Source: Octopus bimaculoides (lineage: Eukaryota). Taken from it: a DNA stretch of 64,000 nt. Positions 11,861 through 24,699 of the stretch are shown piece after piece. The first letter of the stretch is position 1. Every line of letters begins with the position of its first letter. The stretch is from positions 115,669,942-115,733,941 of the forward strand of contig NC_068983.1 of NCBI RefSeq assembly GCF_001194135.2. The letters run 5' to 3'. The position numbers were made by a program, and so were the translations under genes. Under the pieces are notes generated by a model. It did no database searches, had not been told where the DNA came from, and worked only from the letters and a program-made list of their open reading frames with translations.

Positions 11861-12300
11861 TATGGGAGGAAGCATTAAGCATTGAAATAGTTTGGTATCA
11901 AAACAACCAGAAGTAACTTCAGGCAGATTGATATCAAAAGAGTTAAAGGATTTGTTTTCTGTGATACGTTTTATGAAAATAAGTAAAAAAGAAAAATAAA
12001 GAACTTGTCCCTTATCTGTATTTCTGAAACAACAGTTCTGATGTTGTTGATATATTAATTTAGATTTTTATGAGCTTGTCGAAGTTAATCAACACATGTT
12101 AACTTTACTGAACTAGTTTATTTTCCAGTAATTTTTATCCTGCTCCCAAAGGAATCTTACTGATTTGAATTCATTATGTCTAACTAAAGTATCGATATCT
12201 TTTGACAAAATAAAGAATATTTTTTCATTTTTTTTTTACAAATGTTTTCTTATCTGCTTCCCCTCTAGCTAAATAAACCTGTCTCCTAGCTTTCCATGCC

Positions 12301-12700
12301 TATCATCATCAACATCATATAACCCCCATTTTCCTTGCTGTCATGGGTTGGATGGTTTGACAGGAGTTCCATTGTCTCTTTATGTGGCACCAGCACCCAT
12401 GCATTTTATGTGGGACCAGTATCAACAGGATAACCTACTATGTTGGTGGAGGGGTGTGACTTTGTGCGAGTTGGGATATTTAAGGTGTAGAAAGAACAGA
12501 TATAGGTGTGTTACTTGAGTAGATACATGGATACCCCAGTTGGAAAACAGTGAATAGGAGAGTAAAGAGATGGTAGTGGGAGAGAAGGATGATGACAAAA
12601 ATGTGTTGGAACATACCCTTGAGGGACATTGGAGGTGGTGAGAGTAGGTGAGGCTTGGGTTGGGTGAGTGGACAGGATGAAGTGACTAGCAAATGATGGA
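12301..12700 (-). mobile_element. Old RTE 3' fragment
   Basis: (CAT)n tail, then ttccttgctgtcatgggttggatggtttgacagg; related to the 9525, 29405 and 49420 copies. Confidence 0.6.
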
Positions 12701-13092
12701 GAGAAATACAAGAGAGGCTTGGGGGTAGGAATTGTGGTAGATATATGAGGGCATTCAGGGTGATAGCAGGTAAGCGAGGTGTTGATGATGTAGGCTAAAG
12801 GTGTACAAAGAAAACATTGGTGGTGGAAAAAAAGAACCAAATGCTGCCAATGTTCAAGCAAAGCTTTCCCTAAGAGACTTCATGTAATAGAACGTAACTA
12901 ACTTGAAATGTTTGTCTCATCTCATCGGAAACAGTTTCATCCCAACTTGAAACTATCACATAAGCACAGATACATGTACACAATTTTTTGTGACTAAAAT
13001 ACCATTATATGTAATGTAAAAAAACAATATTGTAGAATATATTTTTCAATGATATTTTCATTTTAAAATTTTGTTGCATTGTCATTTCAAAG

Positions 13093-13300
13093 CCTCGGGA
13101 TAATCGACCAGAGATCAAAGTTCACATAAAAGAGCCATTAACATTAAAGGAAAATTTTTTCTATCAACCCCTTGGAAGAACAGATGCTCTCAAGTCACCT
13201 GAGCACTTCCCTGTTCCAGAAACACGCTACACTTTAAAAGAAATGTCTATTCACTGGTATATGTATGCTGGTTCAGATTTTGGCCCTGCTAAAAAAAATT
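13093..13300 (+). CDS. ATG2: ATG2 window exon 5 (PRDNRPEIKV...ENFFYQP...RYTLKEMSIHWYMYAGSDFGPAKKN)
   Basis: ttcaaag acceptor and gtaagt donor; 208 nt; matches ATG2 P.IK...NYF...P.HFP.P..RY..KE.S..W..Y.G.DFG. Confidence 0.95.
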
Positions 13301-14081
13301 GTAAGTATTTTTCCCTTCCTTTTTATATAAATCATGTTCCTTAGGTGATTAAATCAATGCAAGAGATAAAATGACAATTCTACAGCCTATTAATTACACC
13401 TTGTAATCCTTTTAGAATTAATGAAAAGTGGGCATGAAATTGAAAGGAAACAAAGATGAGTGGTTAAAGAAGATGTGTTCGTGTGGAATTGGTTGAGTAT
13501 TTTGCTGTCTCAGCTTTGAATTCTGTGAGAACAGTTTCTGGCTAATAAATTAGTGATGGGGTTTCTTAAAAAAAAGGTATACGAGAGGCAATTCAGAGAG
13601 GTGCCATAAAATGCTGCCTCAATAAGTCTTAACTAACCCACACCAGCATACTAAAATAGATGTAAAATATGATGGAGATGATGATTATATATTATTCATG
13701 GACCCATGGACTCTAATCCTGGACTCTCCAGTGTTGCAGTACTCATAGCACCTACCCTAAATTGGAATTATTTAGTTTCCACTTGAATAATACTTCAATA
13801 TACTTAATTGTCAGATGACAGTGTCACTATATCTATAAAGCATCACAAGTTTCACTGTAACCAGCTGGAGTACTATATGATTTATGAGTGTTTCACTTAC
13901 TTGTGATGCTGATGAGTACAAAATCCCCTTCATGTGGGATGAGGGTGGGTGGGGGTCCACAAGACTAATTGATGTAACTTGAATCACTGCACTGAATGTT
14001 AAGTGTTTTGAGTGAGTGACCTATGACCCAGTGAGTTATAAGACTTTATTTGCATTACATTGCATGTCTTTATCATTCCAG

Positions 14082-14139
14082 GTGACAAGAATCAAAGAGC
14101 ACATGGCTGTGATACTAGCAGAAACCTCCACAATTACAG
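14082..14139 (+). CDS. ATG2: ATG2 window exon 6, 58-nt small exon (CDKNQRAHGCDTSRNLHNY)
   Basis: ttccag acceptor and gtattt donor; stop-free; supplies exactly the phase 1 to phase 2 shift needed between the flanking exons. No recognisable conserved motif. Confidence 0.75.
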
Positions 14140-14580
14140 GTATTTCAAATAATGGATGTTACATGACATTCTCACTTGCAATGTCCTTTCTCATAATCTG
14201 ACATTAAAGAGAGAGAAAAAAATAATTTTAGGCAACAACTGCTGCTGCCACAACAACATGCCACATACCACCACTTCTACAATCTTGAGTCTTTCTTTCC
14301 TAGTTAACCCTTTCATTACCAATCCGGCTGAAACCGGCTCTGCCTTGGTAGAATGTCAGTCTAAATTCTTTACAGATATATATTTCTCTACTTATCTTGT
14401 TCAGATTTTATGAAAACCAGTCTTGCCTTTCAATCTTTTGTGTTCACTTAATAAATACCAGTAATGTACTTGTGGAAAATCAACCAATTATATATATATC
14501 TCCTATGTAAAACAAGTTTTGCACTTAATCACATTGTAAATTTTTCTTAATTTATTTTTGTTTATTTTCATTTATTACAG

Positions 14581-14701
14581 ATCTGATCAATCAGACTATT
14601 ATAAAAAAATTCACAAAGAACGAAATGTTTCAGTATCTCTGTATGATCTTGGTGGACCTGGGAGGGAAACAGATATTATGATGGAATTACAACTGATGAA
14701 G
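14581..14701 (+). CDS. ATG2: ATG2 window exon 7 (RSDQSDYY...GGPGRETDIMMELQLMK)
   Basis: ttacag acceptor and gtatct donor; 121 nt; matches GG.GR....LME.QL.K. Confidence 0.93.
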
Positions 14702-16212
14702 GTATCTTATACTTTATTGAAGAATTCAAATGTTCATGTTTGTTGTCTAAGTGATGTACATCATAATTTTTACTTAGTGATTTTCCCTTCAAGGTAAAAT
14801 TTTACCTTATTGTTTAGTCACTGGCTCAACACCTATATTTATGTTCTTCATTCCAAAATAATAAAAACTTTAACAGACTTCCAAAATGGGACTTAATCCA
14901 TGTGTATCCGCATGCGTATATGTGCATGTGTGTGCGTGGGGTGGGGGATGTAAGAAGAACATTTACGGAAATGTACTCATAAAATTTCTATTAAAATAAG
15001 TTGTCTTTATATACCATGCTTGCAATTCTCCATATAAATGATAGCAAAGTGTCTATCAAATGAAATTAAAATCCTGGTTCAATGATAGATCGATCAAGTT
15101 GCTAAAGTTTTAACGTTGTTGGTAGCAACAATATATTCTCTCTTTTAATTGAATATTGAAAAAGAGAGAAAATGCAAGGGAAATTAATTTTGGCGGTAAT
15201 GACCTAAACCCTTTGATTCATTATCACAATTAAAAAAATTCAGAGGTGTAACATTGCACAAGTTCATTTCTGCAAATTTGTCCACTACCACAAAAATTCT
15301 CCAGACTTTCAGCTGTTATTTTTAGCATATCGAGTTTCATGACGAGGGCTTCACATGCTGTGGTCTTTTTGCTTTTTCGCTATAAATCTACGCATGCGGA
15401 AAAGGACCAAACAGCTGTTCATTTTCACTTTTAGACAGCAGAATGGGATGTGGATCNNNNNNNNNNNNNNNNNNNNNNNNNNNNNNNNNNNNNNNNNNNN
15501 NNNNNNNNNNNNNNNNNNNNNNNNNNNNNNNNNNNNNNNNNNNNNNNNNNNNNNNNNNNNNNNNNNNNNNNNNNNNNNNNNNNNNNNNNNNNNNNNNNNN
15601 NNNNNNNNNNNNNNNNNNNNNNNNNNNNNNNNNNNNNNNNNNNNNNNNNNNNNNNNNNNNNNNNNNNNNNNNNNNNNNNNNNNNNNNNNNNNNNNNNNNN
15701 NNNNNNNNNNNNNNNNNNNNNNNNNNNNNNNNNNNNNNNNNNNNNNNNNNNNNNNNNNNNNNNNNNNNNNNNNNNNNNNNNNNNNNNNNNNNNNNNNNNN
15801 NNNNNNNNNNNNNNNNNNNNNNNNNNNNNNNNNNNNNNNNNNNNNNNNNNNNNNNNNNNNNNNNNNNNNNNNNNTTCTGTCTGGAAAACATAGGAATGTT
15901 CTTAGCCCAGAACCATGTGATTGGTAAGCAAACTACTGTGCCTATATATATATATATATATATATGCCTATATATATATATATATACACACACATGCATG
16001 CGTATATGTATTTGTGTGTCTGTGTTTGTCTCCCCACCATCGCTTGACAACCAATGTTGGTGTGCTTAAGTGCCCGTGACTTAGCAGTTCGGCAAAAGAA
16101 AACCAATAGAACAAGTACTAGGCTTACAAAGAATAAGTCCTGGAGTTGATTTGTTCAACTAAAGGTAGTGCTTCAGCACGGCCACAGGCAAATGGCTGAA
16201 ACAAGTAAAAGA

Positions 16213-16271
<59 letters not shown>

Positions 16272-16714
16272 AGTGGTTAGTATTAGGAAGAGCATTCAAC
16301 CATAGAAACCATGCCAAAACAGACAAATGGAGCCTGGGTAGTTCTCCAGCATGGAGAACAGACATTAGTAGATGAGATGATATATGCATGCACAGACATG
16401 ACTGTGTGGTTAAGAAGCTTGCTTCCCAACCATGTGATCTTCAGTCCCACTACATGGCACCTTGGGCAAGCCTCATCTACTATAGCACTGGACCAACTAA
16501 AGCTTTCAAGATTGGTGGAAGGGAGGATGGTATCCTTCAACGAAATACCTGGATTGAGTGCTTGCAACAAAGTGGACTCCACTAATGGCATCCAAGGAGG
16601 CTCAGGCAGTGATGTTAAACTGAGAATAGAATTAAGTCCACTTTGCAAGTGAACTATGGCAGGATTTGAACTCAGAATGTAAAGAACTGAATCAAATGTC
16701 ACAAGGTTTACTGT

Positions 16715-17124
16715 GGCTGTGTGGTAAGTAGCTTGCTTACCAACCACATGGTTCCGGGTTCAGTCCCACTGCATGGCACCTTGGGTAAGTGTCTTCTACT
16801 ATAGCCTCAGGCCGACCAAAGCCTTGTGAGTGGATTTGGTAGACAGAAACTGAAAGAAGCCCGTTGTATATATGTATATATATATATATATGTATATGTA
16901 TGTGTGTGTATATGTTTGTGTGTCTGTGTTTGTCCCCACCAACTTCGCTTGACAACCGATGCTGGTGTGTTTACGTCCCCGTAACTTAGCGGTTCGGGAA
17001 AAAGAGACCGATAGAATAAGTACTAGGCTTACAAAGAATAAGTCCTGGGTCGATTTGCTCGACTAAAAGCAGTGCCCCAGCATGGCCACAGTCAAATGAC
17101 TGAAACAAGTAAAAGAGTAAAGAG
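16715..17124 (+). mobile_element. tRNA-headed SINE (family B) with internal (TA)n(TG)n microsatellite, near full length
   Basis: Head with B-box-like GGTTCAGTCCC; body ggcaccttggg.aagtgtcttctactatagcc; tail cgcttgacaaccgatgctgg...gactgaaacaagtaaaagag. Fragments recur at about 16000-16210, 16400-16510, 24440-24660, 27070-27220 and 54085-54230. Confidence 0.85.
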
Positions 17125-17156
17125 TATACGTATTATAATATCTGAAGCTGTTTGAT

Positions 17157-17370
17157 GGTGAGCTGGCAGAATCATTAGCATGCCACGCAAAATGCTTAGT
17201 AACATTTTGTCCATCTTTATGTTCTGGGTCCAAATTCCACCAAAGTTGACTTTGCCTTTCATCCTTTCGGGGTCAATATAATAAGTACCAGTTGAGCACT
17301 GGGGTCAATCTAATCAACTTCAGCCCCTTCCCCAAAAATTCTGGCCTTCTGCCAAAATTTGAAGCCAATA
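17157..17370 (+). mobile_element. SINE family C copy
   Basis: ggtgagctggcagaatcattagc...aaattccaccaaagttgactttgcctttcatcctttcggggtc...aagtaccagttgagcactgggg; many copies in the window. Confidence 0.8.
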
Positions 17371-17486
17371 ATTGAAGCAGGCCTACCTTACCATAATGTG
17401 CTACCAACATCAGTTGAGTATTAAAATTGTCATTTTCAAAATTTGTTATATTAATCTTTGTATCTTCAATTTCTTTCTTAAACAAG

Positions 17487-17654
17487 GTGCGTATGCAACA
17501 TGAAACCTACCCTCCCAACTGTGAACAGGTGTCTCGACAGGTGTTACTCATTAACGAGGTTGAAGTTTTAGATCGGTTAACATCCTCCCCATATAACAAA
17601 TTCCTTTACCAATATACCTCTGAATCAACTCCTAAACAAACATATGCAAGTATG
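17487..17654 (+). CDS. ATG2: ATG2 window exon 8 (VRMQHETYPP...SRQVLLI...NKFLYQY...YASM)
   Basis: aacaag acceptor and gtaagc donor; 168 nt; conserved QHE.YP, SRQV, DRL, NKFLY. Confidence 0.95.
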
Positions 17655-18046
17655 GTAAGCATTATTTTACTTCTCATTAATCGTTAATGTTTAATTGGTA
17701 TCCAAACACATTTTTACTTTACTTGTATTTCTAAATTCCGCTTTATATTCTTATTGAAAATGCTAAACATGTCTCATAACCCATAATAAACTACAGAGTC
17801 AACATCAAAGACCACCTCTTCAGTTAGATGAGACAACGACAGAAGTTATGTAGTCACTTAATTTACAATGACTGGTATCGATATTTCTCTCAGATCACAC
17901 CCCACCATCTCCATAAACAAAAAGAAGATGAGATTGTCATTGCTGGAACGACTTTCAATCATGTCGTCTTGATTAGAGGGAATTTGGGGATAAATAACAT
18001 CTCCAGGCATTGTGTCAATGAATTAGAGTCAGAAATATGAGGTGGA

Positions 18047-18430
18047 GGAGGCGCAATGGCCCAGTGGTTAGGGCAGAGAACTCGCGGTCATAGGATCGCG
18101 GTTTCAATTCCCAAACCGAGCGTTGTGAGTGTTTATTGAGCGAAAACCCCTAAAGCTCCACGAGGCTCCGGCAGAGGATGGTGGCGAACCCTGCTGTACT
18201 CTTTCACCACAACTTTCTCTCACTTTTACTTCCTGTTTCTGTTGTGCCTGTAATTCAAAGGGTCAGCCTTGTCACACTGTGTCCACTCTGAATATCCCTG
18301 AGAACTATGTTAAGGGTACACGTGTCTGTGGAGTGCTCAGCCACTTGCACGTTAATTTCACGAGCAGGCTGTTCCGTTGATCGGATCAACTGGAACCCTC
18401 GACGTTGTAAGCAACGGAGTGCCAACAACA
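18047..18430 (+). mobile_element. tRNA(Arg-like)-headed SINE (family D), full length
   Basis: A box TGGCCCAGTGG and B box GGTTTCAATTCCC; highly similar copy at 62225-62606; ends in gtgccaacaaca. Confidence 0.9.
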
Positions 18431-18856
18431 TCAAGTGGAATTAAGTAAACTGAATCAACTGGGAATTGAACCTGCCTTACAGATTTCTCTCTCTAAGTTA
18501 ATCATTACTGTATGGTGCTTGTATTTATTTTTATTCAGAGGTGATAGAACAAACACCACTAATGTGCTGTGGTCACTGGTCAATTCAGTGATTGATCACA
18601 TCATCACCTCTACCTCTGGCCTTTGCTGCTTTTTTTACGTTTTTATATTTCTATCTTGTATATGCGTGTATGTTTGTATGTATGCATTCTGCATATGCGT
18701 TTCAGTGTTTGTTTGTGTGTGTGTGGAGTGCGTGTGTGTATATGGTCACGTGTTTCCATCTCTTTTTGTGTATGTGTATGTGTGCTTGTCTGTCTGTATT
18801 ACCTATGTACCTATCTATCTACTTACCTATCTGTTTACCTACATATNNNNNNNNNN

Positions 18857-18894
<38 letters not shown>

Positions 18895-18959
18895 CCTACA
18901 TAACAGTCTACTAACAAGTCTACCTGTGTATGTAAATACAGTGGGTATTGGGGTATCAC

Positions 18960-19382
18960 TACCTTCTATGTGTGTTTCCTATTTAGTATGGGGGATGCTT
19001 CATTTATAAGGATGTACTTCAGTATTTGTCTGAGTGATGGGGTCTTTGGGTGCTTGGATAAAATGCGGATGTCAAGTCGGCCTAGTGTGCCTCCATGTTG
19101 GTCTTTTGGCATGTTGATAGAGTATGGAGGAATGTTTTTTGTCGTCATATTGTCTCAAATGTTCGTTTAATCTCTCCGCAATGCTTCCAGATGTCTCACT
19201 AATGTATGTCATGTTCATGTCTTTACAAGCACCCTCTATGCACCTTATGCTGTAAACTACATTTCTAGTTCTACAGTTAATGCCAGACTTAATCTTACAT
19301 ACCATGCAATTCTCATTGGTGCATGTGGTGTTCTCAAAGGGGGTACACCCTACATAACTGTGATCTGATGGAGCTCCCTGAC
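18960..19382 (-). mobile_element. Penelope-like element fragment: Cys-rich linker plus GIY-YIG endonuclease
   Basis: CTNENCMVC...NCRTRNVVYSIRCIEGAC...YISETSGSIAERLNEH...SILYQH, then LDIRILSKHPK..SLRQILKYILINEASPILN. Confidence 0.85.
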
Positions 19383-19418
<36 letters not shown>

Positions 19419-20265
19419 TATGTGTATACACATGCACACAAACAAACAAAAAGAATGCAGCTCCAATAACGGACAGCCAACAACTAATGAAGATGTTGCA
19501 AGAAGCAATGAAAATTTTAGAATAGAAAAAATAATAAATAAATAAATGAGTGGAAATAGAATCAGTGAGTGTGTTAAAACAGAATGATTCTCCCCAGACA
19601 CAACAAAATATGCTTCAGCACACGAATTCACATAAAGAATCTTGCAAACCAAATACAAAAGAAAGTTTCAAAAATAACTCTTCTTAATGAAAGCTAGTGG
19701 ATGAGATTTCTACAATATTATACAATTGTAGGAACTATGGCTAATAAAGTGAGGCTAAATATATATATATGGCTGGTGGATACCAGACATTTGTTGTTGT
19801 TATTGTTGTTTAGTCCTAGCAGGCCTGTAATCATGACAGGACGGTTATAGTTTTCCAGCCATGGCCATCCTGTCTTTTTTAGTAGTATTAAAGACGACAT
19901 TATTCTGTATGTTCATCCTTTAAGACAGTGAAATTCTTTCAATGAGTCGTAGACATTTGTGATTAAGAGCTTAGAAAATTTAAGTTCGTTTGTAAATATT
20001 GATTGGCATATTTAATAGGAATATTACCACTGGTTTGGAATATTAAGAATAGTTAATGCAGATAGATGATAGTGTTGTCTGTGGTAGATGATAGGAAAGG
20101 GTTTCAGAAGTAGTCTGAAGCAGAATTATAGAACCAGTTTGATTTATACAAATTAATCTCTAGGAGTTATCAGAAATTAGCATATAATAAATGGATCTAC
20201 ACACAGGTTACTTTTTTGTTTTTTCAGAAACTTTAATGTAAGCTATTCTTTGCTTTGTGTTTCAG

Positions 20266-20367
20266 TTGCTCATCAAAGCTTTGCACACATGTCCAGATCC
20301 TGCTGTCCCTGCTGAAGAATGTGCCCTTAAAATATCTGTTCAACCTATCAAACTCAACATTGACCAG
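20266..20367 (+). CDS. ATG2: ATG2 window exon 9 (LLIKALHTCPD...ECALKISVQPIKLNIDQ)
   Basis: tttcag acceptor and gttagt donor; 102 nt; conserved KALH.CP, EC.L..S..P..LNIDQ. Confidence 0.95.
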
Positions 20368-20763
20368 GTTAGTTGATCCCTGATATTTGTCCTAGTGTAG
20401 TGAAGTACTATGAAAAATTGCAATCTAGATTCTAGCATATCTCCCCTATCATATTTCCATCTCTCACAATGCTTATGTTAGCAAAAATTAAATAAATTGT
20501 GACAGAATAAACTATCTAAAAGGTATCAACTATTCATTGATCTACAGATACATTAAATTTGAAAAGTTTTTAGAAAAAGTTTGCAGCCCACAGAAAACAT
20601 CTTTGTGGCCCATGTAAGAATAGAATTACTTACCTTGGTGAAGAGTTATGATAGATATATTGAGAACATGTCAGTGAAAATGTAATTTGATGATTTTATT
20701 TCACTAAAATCGCCATTGAAACATCACACTTTTTTTATTCTATTTTTTTTTTTAATCTTCCAG

Positions 20764-21086
20764 GATGCTCTCTTTTTCCTTATGAAGTTTATGTCTGAAA
20801 TTATGAATGGTTCCTCATCAATAGATCACTTAAAGTCAAGGAAATCTCCAGAACATGAATTGAAAGCTGAAAGTTCTCGGAGACGTTCTTCAAGTAATGC
20901 ACCTTTACCCATATTGAGTACAAATATTCAAGGACCACCGGCCAGTTCTGAAGAAGATGATAAACAACAGGAGATGTTGATAAAATTTGATATCAAAGAA
21001 TCGATTGATCTTTCTTCAGAATCTTCTACCTCTGTACCTTCTGAAAACAAGGAAAATCGAACAATGTCTCAACCCACCTATTTCAG
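20764..21086 (+). CDS. ATG2: ATG2 window exon 10 (DALFFLMKF...SQPTYF)
   Basis: ttccag acceptor and gtaagg donor; 323 nt, phase 0 to 2; DALFFL and QP.YFR are conserved. Confidence 0.95.
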
Positions 21087-21171
21087 GTAAGGATAATTTT
21101 TAGTCTCATTAAAAACTAATCTCACTGTTATTTAAAAAAATTATTCATCATCATCATCATCATCATTATTA

Positions 21172-21202
<31 letters not shown>

Positions 21203-21220
21203 TATTATTACTATTGCCAT

Positions 21221-21675
21221 AAGGTGGTGAGCGAGCAGAATCGTTACCTCACCAGACAAAATGCTTAGCAGCATTTCATCCATCTTTACATTCTGAGTTC
21301 AAATTCTGCCAAGGTCAACTGTGCTGTTCTCCTTTTGGGATCAATGAAATAAGTACCAGTTGAGTACTGGGGTTGATATAATCAACTTGCCCACTGCCCT
21401 GAATTTGCTGGCCTTATGTCAAAATTTGAAGCTATTATTATCATAACCATCCCAAGGTGGCAAGCTGGCAGAATCATAAGCATGCTGGGCAAAATGCTTA
21501 GCGGCATTTCATCCGTCTTTGCATTCTGAGTTCAAATCCTGTCAAGGTCGACTTTGCTTTTCATCCTTTCAGGGTCAATAAATTAAGTACCAATCGAGCA
21601 CTGGGACCGATGTAATCGACTTCATCTCTCTCCCAAAATTTCAGGCCTTGTGTCTATAGTAGAAAGGATTATTAT
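21221..21675 (+). mobile_element. Two tandem SINE family C copies with different tails
   Basis: Both begin aaggtgg(t/c)(g/a)agc..gcagaatc; the first ends aaaatttgaagc-attatt and the second ctatagtagaaaggattatt. Confidence 0.8.
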
Positions 21676-24600
21676 TATAACTATTATGAAGGCAATTGAT
21701 TAGCTGAACTTTCTCAGAGCATTGGACAAAATTCCTTGTGGTATTTGTTTCCAGCCTTTCATATTCCAAGCTTAAATCCTACCAAGATCAACTACTTTGC
21801 CTTTTGTCCTTCTGAGTTTGATAAAGTAAAGTACCATTCAAGTACTGGGGCAGAGAATTTCAACTAACACTCTCCTTGTTAGAATTCCAGGTCTTGTACC
21901 TTTGTTAATAGTAGTATCCAAAAAAATAGCTTGGAACAGCCCGCATCCTATGCAAGACACTATTAGTTCAATAATACAACCTAACCAAAACAATCTACAA
22001 ACACAAGACACTCAATACAGCAAATATCCTATGAAATAAACTATCACCAGCAAGTTGGATACCCAAGGCATTACACACACAACACATGATACAAACACTA
22101 ATACAACAAAAAACTGCGTCACATCATATAAAAAAAAAGAGACTGATGCAATACAATACTGGGAAAAGTTTGCACATTCCCAACGACAGAAAAGAACACA
22201 CAATGCTGCACACACCTTGGCAACATGGATGTGTAGCAGATGATGCAGCAGAAATTTGCCTGAACCTACCAAATGTTGGACAACAACAGTAATAATAATA
22301 ATTATAATACCAATAAAAATTGTTGTTGTTGTTGTTGTTGTTGATGAGAAATGGAATTGTGAGAGTGGTTAACAAATGTTTTTATGTTATTTAGTTATAT
22401 TCCTTTATGACTTTGTGTGTCATCCTTCCAGGGTCAACAATCAACTTCTAATTAACTACTGGGCTCCTTTAAATCAATGATACAACTTATCCAAATATGT
22501 GGCCTTGTCCACATGTTAGAAATTGTAATTATTATGGTTATAAAGAAAGTGGAATTATATAAATATTACAGTACCATCTTGTGGTGTTTAATTTGGTTGT
22601 TCTGCCTTCTGAATTCAAACATTTCTAGATCGTTTTTGACCTTTTATCACTTGTCAGGTATTAGAATTGATCAACTCAACACACACTCTGTCACCAAAAT
22701 TATGACCGTGGAACATAAAATAGTATTTTACATTATTTTAATTTGCCCCTCAAAATTCTGAATTTAAGTTTTATGAGGGTTGACTATGTCTTTATCACTT
22801 TCCAATGCAGCCCCTTACACTCCCTTACACCGTCTCACTTTCCCAACCTCACCATCAACACTGAACAGTCCTTTTTCTTATATTCTGTTTATCTCTGCAA
22901 GTCTTCAGATTCTTCAGTGATTTAAAATAGTTCATAAAATGACTAAGTTTACCTCCATTATGTTTAATAAACATAGGCAGTGAATTGGCTGAGTCATAGA
23001 GCATTGGACAAAAAACCATTTAACATAATTTTGACTTGTTGCATTCTGAGTTCAAATCCAGCTGAGATCAACTTTAGAGTGTCAGATTGAATGTCCTGTG
23101 TTATTTGTTTTGACTCTTTGGATTCTGTCTTCAGATCCTGCTTTGGACTTGCGTGCTTTTAGCTGAATCCATTCTGTACAAGCATTCAGGACAGCTCTGT
23201 AAAATTTATAGATACCTTCCTTCCCTCCCTCCCTCCCTCCCTCTCACCAGTCTTGAAAGTGTTCTCTANNNNNNNNNNNNNNNNNNNNNNNNNNNNNNNN
23301 NNNNNNNNNNNNNNNNNNNNNNNNNNNNNNNNNNNNNNNNNNNNNNNNNNNNNNNNNNNNNNNNNNNNNNNNNNNNNNNNNNNNNNNNNNNNNNNNNNNN
23401 NNNNNNNNNNNNNNNNNNNNNNNNNNNNNNNNNNNNNNNNNNNNNNNNNNNNNNNNNNNNNNNNNNNNNNNNNNNNNNNNNNNNNNNNNNNNNNNNNNNN
23501 NNNNNNNNNNNNNNNNNNNNNNNNNNNNNNNNNNNNNNNNNNNNNNNNNNNNNNNNNNNNNNNNNNNNNNNNNNNNNNNNNNNNNNNNNNNNNNNNNNNN
23601 NNNNNNNNNNNNNNNNNNNNNNNNNNNNNNNNNNNNNNNNNNNNNNNNNNNNNNNNNNNNNNNNNNNNNNNNNNNNNNNNNNNNNNNNNNNNNNNNNNNN
23701 NNNNNNNNNNNNNNNNNNNNNNNNNNNNNNNNNNNNNNNNNNNNNNNNNNNNNNNNNNNNNNNNNNNNNNNNNNNNNNNNNNNNNNNNNNNNNNNNNNNN
23801 NNNNNNNNNNNNNNNNNNNNNNNNNNNNNNNNNNNNNNNNNNNNNNNNNNNNNNNNNNNNNNNNNNNNNNNNNNNNNNNNNNNNNNNNNNNNNNNNNNNN
23901 NNNNNNNNNNNNNNNNNNNNNNNNNNNNNNNNNNNNNNNNNNNNNNNNNNNNNNNNNNNNNNNNNNNNNNNNNNNNNNNNNNNNNNNNNNNNNNNNNNNN
24001 NNNNNNNNNNNNNNNNNNNNNNNNNNNNNNNNNNNNNNNNNNNNNNNNNNNNNNNNNNNNNNNNNNNNNNNNNNNNNNNNNNNNNNNNNNNNNNNNNNNN
24101 NNNNNNNNNNNNNNNNNNNNNNNNNNNNNNNNNNNNNNNNNNNNNNNNNNNNNNNNNNNNNNNNNNNNNNNNNNNNNNNNNNNNNNNNNNNNNNNNNNNN
24201 NNNNNNNNNNNNNNNNNNNNNNNNNNNNNNNNNNNNNTTTCTTCATTTTGTACTTCTTTGTAGAAAACATTTTCATTCTCCCTCTTCTTGAAAATTTGCT
24301 TCGCAATGAAAGCCGGTTAGAAATCTTTATTAAAATATGCTTCCAGTTTAGCATTCTGCCTTATTATTATTTTTCATTTTCCTATTATTTCTCCACGTGC
24401 GGTTAACACAACTCCACTATTTACTGACTTATATATATATATATATGTATGTGTGTTTGTGTGTCAGTGTTTGTCCCCCCCACCATCGCTTGACAACCGA
24501 CGCTGGTGTGTTTACGTCCCCTTAAATTAGCGGTTCGGCAAAAAGAGACTAATAGAATAAGTACTAGGCTTCCAAAGAATAAGTCTTGGTGTCAATTTGC

Positions 24601-24699
24601 TCGACTAAAGGCAGTGCTCCAGCATGGCCTCAGTCAAATGACTGAAACAAGTAAAAGAGTAATGTACTGAGATTAATTCAGTCATCTATAACCTCAATC

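Noticed and set aside
18047-18125. tRNA gene (also 62225, 30756, 16715)
   Set aside because: A and B boxes are present but there is no proper acceptor stem, and each continues into a repeated SINE body.
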